Translations under genes and position numbers: made by a program
Shown: positions 31,764-38,411 of the stretch, piece by piece
Layout: every line of letters begins with the position of its first letter
How positions within the stretch are numbered: position 1 is the first letter of the stretch
From: Candidatus Bathyarchaeia archaeon
Lineage (GTDB): Bacteria > Patescibacteriota > Minisyncoccia > Moranbacterales > UBA11712
Length of the DNA stretch: 40,059 nucleotides
NCBI GenBank assembly: GCA_035297345.1
Contig: DATGZC010000033.1
Coordinates: 1 to 40,059 of the forward strand
Direction of reading: 5' to 3'
Notes under the pieces: model-generated
What the model was told of the DNA's origin: nothing
The model's database searches: none
Seen by the model: only the letters and a program-made list of their open reading frames with translations

Positions 31764-32657
31764 ATGTGGATGTTGTTTGCCCTCGGCGGATACACGCTTC
31801 TCGCGGGGGAAGCCGTACTCAGCAAATTCTTGATCACCGCACGGCTCAAAAACTGGCAGCTTTATACATTTTATGTCGGTCTTTTTTCCGGCTTTGCGCT
31901 GATTTTCACTCCTTTCGGCCTTGAATGGCAAGGCGCGGACGCTTTTTTTGCTGCCGTGCTCTCCGGCTTCTTGTTCTATCTGGCGCTGGCTTTTCTTTTT
32001 CAGTCGCTCCTGGTTTCTTCGGCGGTCCGGGTTTATGTCCTCTTTGGGGCGGTGACAACCCTTTCGACAGTTTTTCTCGCCCGGGTTTTTCTTGATGACA
32101 AAATCACGCCGGGGGTTTTGCTCGGCATAGGTTTTCTGCTCGCCGGCGGCATCCTGATTTCTTTCAAACACTATGAAACATCTTTCTTTTCCAATTGGCA
32201 CAAAGCGGTGCTTGCAGGATTTCTCGCCGCTCTTTCCTACGTCGTCCTCAAACATGCCTACGATCAGCAGAATTTCGTGAGCGGGTATGTCATCAGCCGG
32301 ATGGGGATCACCGCTTCGGCCGTCTTTTCACTCCTGATTCCGAGCTTTCGAAAAAAAATATTCGGAAGCATCAGGAATGGGAAAAAAAGAGACCACGTAA
32401 AAAACTTTTTCGGCTCCATCGCAGCCAAATCGGTCGCCGGGACAGGAACCGTCCTCATACACTACGCCATTTTTTTGGGAAGCGTGACCGCAGTGAATGC
32501 CCTGGTGGCGATACAATATCTTCTGACCTTTCTTTTCTCAATCGTTCTGAGTCTGTATTGGAAAAAAATATTCATTGAAAAATTTTCGATACCAAACGTG
32601 ATCTTCAAGGCAATCGGCGTCATCCTGGTCGTTCTGGGGACGGTCCTTGTCAGCTGA
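31764..32657 (+). CDS. DMT/EamA-like permease (about 10 TM)
   Basis: Two hydrophobic halves of about 5 TM each. It lies between two glycosidase genes. Confidence 0.55.
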   Translation: MWMLFALGGYTLLAGEAVLSKFLITARLKNWQLYTFYVGLFSGFALIFTPFGLEWQGADAFFAAVLSGFLFYLALAFLFQSLLVSSAVRVYVLFGAVTTLSTVFLARVFLDDKITPGVLLGIGFLLAGGILISFKHYETSFFSNWHKAVLAGFLAALSYVVLKHAYDQQNFVSGYVISRMGITASAVFSLLIPSFRKKIFGSIRNGKKRDHVKNFFGSIAAKSVAGTGTVLIHYAIFLGSVTAVNALVAIQYLLTFLFSIVLSLYWKKIFIEKFSIPNVIFKAIGVILVVLGTVLVS

Positions 32658-32660
32658 ACT

Positions 32661-33680
32661 ATGCAAAAATTTTTTCACTATTTTTTGAAAACATCAGGCA
32701 TAATATTTTTTTCGCTCATGGGCGTTGCCATTTTGGCGTTGGTCATTTTCAATTGGCCGGTTTCGAGCAAAAACGAAAAGATGGATTTTGGCGTTTCCTA
32801 TTCGCCGGTTTTCGCGAGGAGCCTCGGCCTTGATTGGCAAAAAGCGTATCTCGATATTCTGGATGGCCTCGCAGTCAAAAAAATACGCCTGGCGAGCTAT
32901 TGGACCGAGGTGGAGAAAGAAAAGGGGAAATATGATTTTTCAGAAACAGACTGGCTTCTCAATGAGGCGCGAAGCAGAAATGTGAAAGTGATTTTGTCTT
33001 TCGGGATCAAGGTTCCGCGCTGGCCGGAATGCTTCATTCCTAGTTTTTATATGAATGACAAAGCCGAACGGGAGCGGGCGCTTCTCGACTATGAATACGT
33101 GCTCATCGAAAGGTATAAAAGCTATGATAACGTCGAAATTTGGCAGGCGGAAAATGAGCCGTTCCTTCCGTTCGGGAGTTGTCCGACCGGAGCGATCGAT
33201 GGTGATCTGGTTTCCCGCGAAGTGGCCCAAGTGAAACTCCTGGATCCGGCGCGTCCGGTGATGGTGACGGACAGCGGGGAGTTGAGTCTGTGGTATCAGG
33301 CGGCCAAACGCGCGGATATTTTCGGGACGACGCTCTATCGCACGATCTATAAACCCCAGCTCGGATATTTCGACTATCCTATCGGGCCGAATTTTTTCCG
33401 GACGAAAGCGCTTTTCATCGATCTTTTCGCCAACCAGAAGAATATCATGATTTCTGAACTGCAAGCGGAACCTTGGGGACCGCAGTGGCTCAATGAAATG
33501 AGCCTGGAGGAACAATACAAATCAATGAGCCCGCAAAAACTCGAAGACATCGCCGAGTACGCGCGGAAAACAAATTTTTCCGCGGCCTATCTGTGGGGCG
33601 CCGAGTGGTGGTATTGGCTGAAGACCGAAAAAGGGAACAGCGATATGTGGGACACAGCGAAGAAAATAATCAATAATTAA
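32661..33680 (+). CDS. Membrane-anchored (beta/alpha)8 glycoside hydrolase, clan GH-A-like (GH5/GH42-like)
   Basis: N-terminal TM helix. WTEVEKEKGKYDFSETDWLL, AENEP (candidate acid/base), and SELQAEPW (candidate nucleophile). Confidence 0.6.
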   Translation: MQKFFHYFLKTSGIIFFSLMGVAILALVIFNWPVSSKNEKMDFGVSYSPVFARSLGLDWQKAYLDILDGLAVKKIRLASYWTEVEKEKGKYDFSETDWLLNEARSRNVKVILSFGIKVPRWPECFIPSFYMNDKAERERALLDYEYVLIERYKSYDNVEIWQAENEPFLPFGSCPTGAIDGDLVSREVAQVKLLDPARPVMVTDSGELSLWYQAAKRADIFGTTLYRTIYKPQLGYFDYPIGPNFFRTKALFIDLFANQKNIMISELQAEPWGPQWLNEMSLEEQYKSMSPQKLEDIAEYARKTNFSAAYLWGAEWWYWLKTEKGNSDMWDTAKKIINN

Positions 33681-33701
33681 AAAGCCGAGCTTTGAAAAAC
33701 T

Positions 33702-34562
33702 ATGAAAATCATTTGCTTTGATATTGGAAAGACAAAAATTTTGGCGGCGGTGCTCAAAATCGGGAGAGGCAGGCATAAAATTTTTGAGATGCAGGAGCAA
33801 AAAAATCCGCACAATTCCAAAAAAATAGAAAAAATAATTCTCGATTCTTGCCAAGCGGCGCGCAAAAAATACTGGGTCAAAAAAGTGGCGATTTCTGCCG
33901 CTCATCTGGTTGATTCTGAAAAAAAAATAGTGAGTCAGGGGGAAATTTGCTATGGAGCGGATGTTTTTGATTTTGGTTTTCTTGAGGCAGGCGGTTTTTC
34001 AGTCCGGATTGAAAACGACGGACGGTGTTTCGCGCTCGGAGAATATTATTTTGGAAAAGGCCAGGCCGCAGAAAATATCCTTGCCATCGCTTTGGGAACC
34101 GAAATTGGCGGCGGATGCATAATGCAAGGAAAAAATTATCGGGGTCATCACGGCTCAGCGCTTGAGATAAGCCATATTAGCGCTAGCTACGATGGAAAAT
34201 GGATTGATTGGGGAATTCTTTGCGTTGGAAAAGGGATTGAAGATTCGTATAGAAAAGAAACCGGGAAAAAGCTTTCTTCTCGAGAAATATTTTTTGAAGC
34301 GGAGAAAAATAACAAAAAAGCCAAAGAAATAATCAACAAAGCGGCGAATATTTTGGGTATAGGGACAGCCAGTCTCGTGAATATCCTCGATCCCGAAATT
34401 ATTATTTTTGGGGGAGGTCTGTCAAAGCAGAAGAACTTTGTCGATAAGGCGACTATAGCAGCGCGAAAAAATATCTTAAACAAAAAAGCGAATTATAAAT
34501 TCGCAATTTCTTCTCTTGGAAACAAAGCCAATCTTCTAGGCGCGGCGTCGTTATATAAATAA
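33702..34562 (+). CDS. ROK family sugar kinase
   Basis: ICFDIGKTKI, ENDGRCFALGE, ALGTEIGGG, and IFGGGLS. Confidence 0.8.
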   Translation: MKIICFDIGKTKILAAVLKIGRGRHKIFEMQEQKNPHNSKKIEKIILDSCQAARKKYWVKKVAISAAHLVDSEKKIVSQGEICYGADVFDFGFLEAGGFSVRIENDGRCFALGEYYFGKGQAAENILAIALGTEIGGGCIMQGKNYRGHHGSALEISHISASYDGKWIDWGILCVGKGIEDSYRKETGKKLSSREIFFEAEKNNKKAKEIINKAANILGIGTASLVNILDPEIIIFGGGLSKQKNFVDKATIAARKNILNKKANYKFAISSLGNKANLLGAASLYK

Positions 34563-34567
34563 AAAAG

Positions 34568-34590
34568 CGGCCGATCAAACAGATCGGCCG
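34568..34590. terminator. Shared convergent terminator
   Basis: CGGCCGATC (34568-34576) pairs with GATCGGCCG (34582-34590). On the minus strand T6 follows the hairpin. It lies between the ROK stop and the small minus-strand ORF. Confidence 0.7.
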
Positions 34591-34609
34591 TATGCGTTTA
34601 AATAGATGC

Positions 34610-34807
34610 TCACTTGCGGCGTTCTTTTCTTATGAATCGCATTGCCTCTTTGACTTCATCCCGAACTCTATCCAAGATTGCCATAGACGTGGGGGAATAA
34701 TCAAATTTGTATTGCAAGCGGGTCTTATGAAGACATACTGTTTGATCAGTGTGCCCAACTTCGATATCACCATCGTCGTGAAAAAGAACAATAACCGCTC
34801 TTGCCAT
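34610..34807 (-). CDS. Small hypothetical protein (65 aa)
   Basis: GAGGAGG RBS lies 7 nt upstream of the ATG. The terminator lies 20 nt downstream. Confidence 0.5.
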   Translation of the reverse strand: MARAVIVLFHDDGDIEVGHTDQTVCLHKTRLQYKFDYSPTSMAILDRVRDEVKEAMRFIRKERRK

Positions 34808-34820
34808 AGCATATCCTCCT

Positions 34821-35939
34821 CTAGGTCTTCAATTTTTCCAGTAATTCTTTTTCCGCTTCGAGGATGTTTTTTCCCTCGAAGATGACTTCCAAATAATTTT
34901 GCTTGATCTCTCCTCCCAGAATTTTTTGGATATTCTTGAGCGATTCGTTGTCGTTATTCCTTACCAAAGCGATGCTTTGGTCGAGAGTTTTGGAATAGAG
35001 GATTGCAAAATACTTTCCGGCCGAGAAATTTTCTTTCACTTTTTCGAGGACAAGCGGCAATTCTTCCGGTTTCGTCCGGCTTTGGACGAAATCTTCAAGA
35101 GAAAGCGTCGACCAGGCGATCTTCAGTTTCTCGTCCCACTGGAGGCGCGCCATCACCCGTCCCCAGAGCTTCATAAAGGAAAAAGAATGGGTTTTGAAAA
35201 GATTGCGGACGATTTTCTGCTGGTCGGCTCCTTTTTCGATGAGCCACGAGGCGGCGAGAAAGGTCTGCGGGGTGGTGTTCCGGCTCTGAAAATTGTGCGT
35301 CGCGGCAACCAGTCCCGAGAGGAGACATTGGGCGATATTCCGGTCGGTCTGCTTCTCCCATACACTCTTGGAAAGGCCAGCGAGGATTTCGGAAACGGAG
35401 GAAGCGGTGATGTCGACCAGATTGATCTGCCCGAAATTTTCGTTCGTGCTCGCATTGTCGATGTTGGCAACCGGCACTTCGAAAAAGAGGTCGCTATTTT
35501 TTTCGTTCGTCGTCCCGAGGCACTCGAGGTTCTGACAGCCCAGGATGATCACGAGATCATATTTGAACTTGGCCGGGATGAAAGAAAAATCCCGCGGATC
35601 GATCGCGCCTTTTTCGGGGGTGATATATATTTCAAATTTGCCGTCTTTTTCTTCCGTCCGGAAGTTTGTGATTTTGTTTCGTGTATTATCAAATGAGAGG
35701 ACAAAATCGCGCGCCCCTTTGATTTCCGTTTCCATTTTTTCCGGCGGCGCGAGATAGGAAAACGAATTGATTCCCTCTCTCTGCAAAACAGCCGGATTTT
35801 TGCCGAGGCTTTTCATGAGATGCGAAAGCGCCCAGCTGGCAGCCACTGCATCAAGAGTCGGTTTCTCTGCTGTGAGAATCAAAATATCTTCTGCGGATTC
35901 AATTTGTTTTTTCAGCTGTTCTTGAGGCGTCATATCCAT
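34821..35939 (-). CDS. DHH/DHHA1 (NrnA-like) family protein with degenerate catalytic motifs
   Basis: It is collinear with NrnA-type proteins (ILILT....DAVAAS...; VANIDNASTNENFG...; LLSGLVAATHNFQ). However, DHH is replaced by DNA, and the N-terminal H/DxD motifs are absent. Confidence 0.5.
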   Translation of the reverse strand: MDMTPQEQLKKQIESAEDILILTAEKPTLDAVAASWALSHLMKSLGKNPAVLQREGINSFSYLAPPEKMETEIKGARDFVLSFDNTRNKITNFRTEEKDGKFEIYITPEKGAIDPRDFSFIPAKFKYDLVIILGCQNLECLGTTNEKNSDLFFEVPVANIDNASTNENFGQINLVDITASSVSEILAGLSKSVWEKQTDRNIAQCLLSGLVAATHNFQSRNTTPQTFLAASWLIEKGADQQKIVRNLFKTHSFSFMKLWGRVMARLQWDEKLKIAWSTLSLEDFVQSRTKPEELPLVLEKVKENFSAGKYFAILYSKTLDQSIALVRNNDNESLKNIQKILGGEIKQNYLEVIFEGKNILEAEKELLEKLKT

Positions 35940-36058
35940 GGTTTGTGATGGGCTAGTACTTCAAAATATCACCTGGCGCCCAGAAAGTCAATTCTTGACA
36001 AGCCGGTTGCTCAATGCTACAGTCTCATATCCGAATAAATCAATCCAGTTCTCCGATT

Positions 36059-36655
36059 ATGACTCGCCGAATACTGAAAATTGTCCTGTTTCTTGCGATT
36101 GCAGCTTTGGCCGCCGGCGGGCCTGTTTGTTTTGCCGAAATTATAAACAATGGTTCGTCCGGGATATCCAATCCGGACAAGCAGATCATCAATCCGCCGA
36201 CGCCTGGAATAGACAATCCCGATCGGCAAATCGACAACCCTGACCGATGGATATGCAACGACGATCCAGGGGACATTGATAACAATGATCCAGAGAGGAT
36301 ACACAACCACACGGGACGGATTCACAACCGGGACCATTCGATCAACAATCGGGACCGTTCCATCTCGAATGGCGAACCGGCCGCGATCGAAAACCCGGAT
36401 CAATTCATCGAAAACGGCGACCATTTTATCGAAAACCCGGATCGGTTTATTGCAAACGATGAGCCGTTTTCCATCGAAAACCCGGACAATTTTATTGCCA
36501 ATCCGGACGTATTTATAAATAATCCGGACAATTTCATTTTTAATGAAGACAATTTCATCTTCAATCCGGATCAAGGCATTTGGAATCCCGATTCCTATGT
36601 TTTCAACTCCGACTGGCCGATATTTAATTTTTCCGACTGGCAAATTTGGGATTGA
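36059..36655 (+). CDS. Secreted heptapeptide-repeat protein (about 21 copies of I-x-N-P-D-x-x)
   Basis: The signal peptide is MTRRILKIVLFLAIAALAAGGPVCFA. The rest has a 21-nt periodicity, e.g. IENPDQF IENGDHF IENPDRF ... INNPDNF IFNEDNF IFNPDQG IWNPDSY. Confidence 0.7.
   Translation: MTRRILKIVLFLAIAALAAGGPVCFAEIINNGSSGISNPDKQIINPPTPGIDNPDRQIDNPDRWICNDDPGDIDNNDPERIHNHTGRIHNRDHSINNRDRSISNGEPAAIENPDQFIENGDHFIENPDRFIANDEPFSIENPDNFIANPDVFINNPDNFIFNEDNFIFNPDQGIWNPDSYVFNSDWPIFNFSDWQIWD
36164..36652 (+). repeat. 21-nt (7-codon) tandem repeat array inside the CDS
   Basis: See the CDS above. The mirror ORF on the minus strand (36017..36700) is a repeat artefact. Confidence 0.85.
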
Positions 36656-36823
36656 AATTCTGCTCCTTGGGAAACAAAAAATTAGGCCTAAATAAGGCAA
36701 ATTTCAGATATGTTTCACGGCAGATTGACAGCCGGCCGATTTGGGAGTAAAATAGTAAGTTAAAAACAGATATCAAAATTTAAAGGATATTGGTCAAAAA
36801 TGGCCGAAGGGGAGAGAAGAGAA

Positions 36824-37723
36824 ATGAACTTTAAAAATTTGGTTTCCGCGGCAATGGCCATCGCTGCATTTGTGGCGACTCCCGCCGGTGCAGAAACGTC
36901 TTTGGAGTATTACGAGCGTTGCCAGCAGCAAAGAGCTGTTGGTTACGCTGGCGCGGTCGACGCGTATAAAGAAAGAGTTGATGTATACAAGGGATCGGTT
37001 GATACGTACAAGGGGTCGGTTGACAACTTGTACGGAAAGGTTCAGGAAGCCGAACAGGTCGCAATCCAACATGGGGCTGAGGCCAATCAGCTTTATCAGG
37101 CGGCCTTGCAAAAGGAAGCGGACGTGAAAGCTGTCGAGGCAAGGCTAGCCTACCGAGAGGGCTACGTGCCTTACAGTGGCGGGTGCTATATGGTTAATGG
37201 ATATTTTCCATACGGATATTGGCCCAGTTACTGGAGCGCCGTGCCGATCGGTCCCATCTACGGACGGGCAAATTGCAACTGGAATCACCACAAGCAGTCT
37301 CCAGTTGTGAACAACATCACGGTCAACAAGACTGTGGTGGTAAAGAATCATGACGATTTTCGGCGCGATGTGCACAGGGGTTTTGACTCTCATCATGCCG
37401 CGCCGATAGCTTCGGCTTCGACGGCACACCGCCAGTCGCAGCCGCAAACGGTTCAGTCGGCACCTCAACCGCGGGCTGTTGCTCCGGCTATCCGGAGCAA
37501 CCCGACGCCGGCGATCAAAAATTCGCCGGTGCTAACTCCGAAACTGCAGCCGCAAATGCAGGCGCGTTCTGCCCCGACTCCCGCGCCTCATATGATGCAG
37601 CCGCAAGTTCGGTCAGCCCCGGCGCCAAGGCCGCAGCCGCAAATGCAGGCGCGTTCTGCCCCGACTCCAGCGCCAAGGCAAAACTATAACTATAGCGGAG
37701 CCCCGGGAGGACGGCGCCGCTAA
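36824..37723 (+). CDS. Secreted protein with N-terminal coiled coil, an aromatic/Gly middle and a Pro/Gln/Ala-rich tail
   Basis: RBS GGGGAGAG lies before ATG 36824. The signal peptide is MNFKNLVSAAMAIAAFVATPAGA. A 36-bp perfect direct repeat occurs at 37546-37581 and 37633-37668. Confidence 0.6.
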   Translation: MNFKNLVSAAMAIAAFVATPAGAETSLEYYERCQQQRAVGYAGAVDAYKERVDVYKGSVDTYKGSVDNLYGKVQEAEQVAIQHGAEANQLYQAALQKEADVKAVEARLAYREGYVPYSGGCYMVNGYFPYGYWPSYWSAVPIGPIYGRANCNWNHHKQSPVVNNITVNKTVVVKNHDDFRRDVHRGFDSHHAAPIASASTAHRQSQPQTVQSAPQPRAVAPAIRSNPTPAIKNSPVLTPKLQPQMQARSAPTPAPHMMQPQVRSAPAPRPQPQMQARSAPTPAPRQNYNYSGAPGGRRR

Positions 37724-37726
37724 ACC

Positions 37727-37783
37727 AGAGGTCCGGATTGGACAAGCTAAACAGCTTGCTTCAGTCCGGCCTCTATTTTTTTT
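37727..37783 (+). terminator. Compound hairpin plus T8 terminator
   Basis: AGAGGTCCGGA...TCCGGCCTCT with inner CAAGCT/AGCTTG, then TTTTTTTT (37776-37783). Confidence 0.8.
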
Positions 37784-37837
37784 GCAAAAAATCGGATTTG
37801 TGCCACAATAAAATCAACAAACAATGATCAACGAACA

Positions 37838-38350
37838 ATGAACAATAAGGATTTTTTTATTACAAATAGTTCCCGGCAGACCCAGAAACTTGGCGAATTG
37901 CTGGCTCGAGAGTTGAAAGGCGGGGAGATCATCTGCCTCACGGGCGATTTGGGATCCGGGAAGACGACATTTGCGCAAGGCGTGCTTCGCGGACTGGGGG
38001 CGAAGGGTCCGTATACGAGCCCGACGTTTGTGGTGATGAAACAATATCAACTCAAAGCGAAAAGCGAAAAGCGAAAAACTACAGTTCAAAATCCAAAACC
38101 GGAAAGCGTATATCACATGGATTCTTACCGCGTGAGCGCTCAAGACGTTTTGGATCTTGGTTGGGAGGAAATTATTTCTGGCGAGAATAACATTGTGATT
38201 GTTGAATGGGCAGAGAGAATAAAGAGTATAGTTCAGACAAATGCGATTTGGATAGACTTTAAGCATCTAAAAGATAGCACTCGAAAAATAATATTTAGCG
38301 CAAAACGCAAAACTCAAAACGCAAAATTGCAACTCAAAACTAAAAAGTAA
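37838..38350 (+). CDS. tsaE: tRNA t6A37 biosynthesis ATPase TsaE
   Basis: GDLGSGKTTFAQGVLRGLG...SPTF...VYHMDSYRV...IVIVEWAE. It contains a low-complexity insertion and a Lys-rich tail. Confidence 0.85.
   Translation: MNNKDFFITNSSRQTQKLGELLARELKGGEIICLTGDLGSGKTTFAQGVLRGLGAKGPYTSPTFVVMKQYQLKAKSEKRKTTVQNPKPESVYHMDSYRVSAQDVLDLGWEEIISGENNIVIVEWAERIKSIVQTNAIWIDFKHLKDSTRKIIFSAKRKTQNAKLQLKTKK
38054..38074 (+). repeat. AAAGCGA x3 tandem heptamer inside tsaE
   Basis: Three exact tandem copies encode part of the insertion KAKSEKRK, between the conserved TsaE blocks. Confidence 0.85.
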
Positions 38351-38404
38351 TTTGTTTTTAACTTTACACTTTGGCTTTGCACTTTGCACTTTAAGTTTTG
38401 CGCT
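38297..38404. repeat. Partially complementary A-rich (GCAAAAC-like) and T-rich (GCACTTT-like) heptamer arrays straddling the tsaE stop
   Basis: AGCGCAAAAC (38297-38306) pairs perfectly with GTTTTGCGCT (38395-38404). Within each internal unit, GCAAA can pair with TTTGC. Confidence 0.6.
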
Positions 38405-38411
38405 CAAATTG

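Noticed and set aside
36017-36700. 227-aa minus-strand ORF spanning the heptapeptide-repeat gene
   Set aside because: It is an open antisense frame generated by the 21-nt repeat. It has no signal peptide and no sensible start context, whereas the plus-strand frame has a canonical signal peptide.
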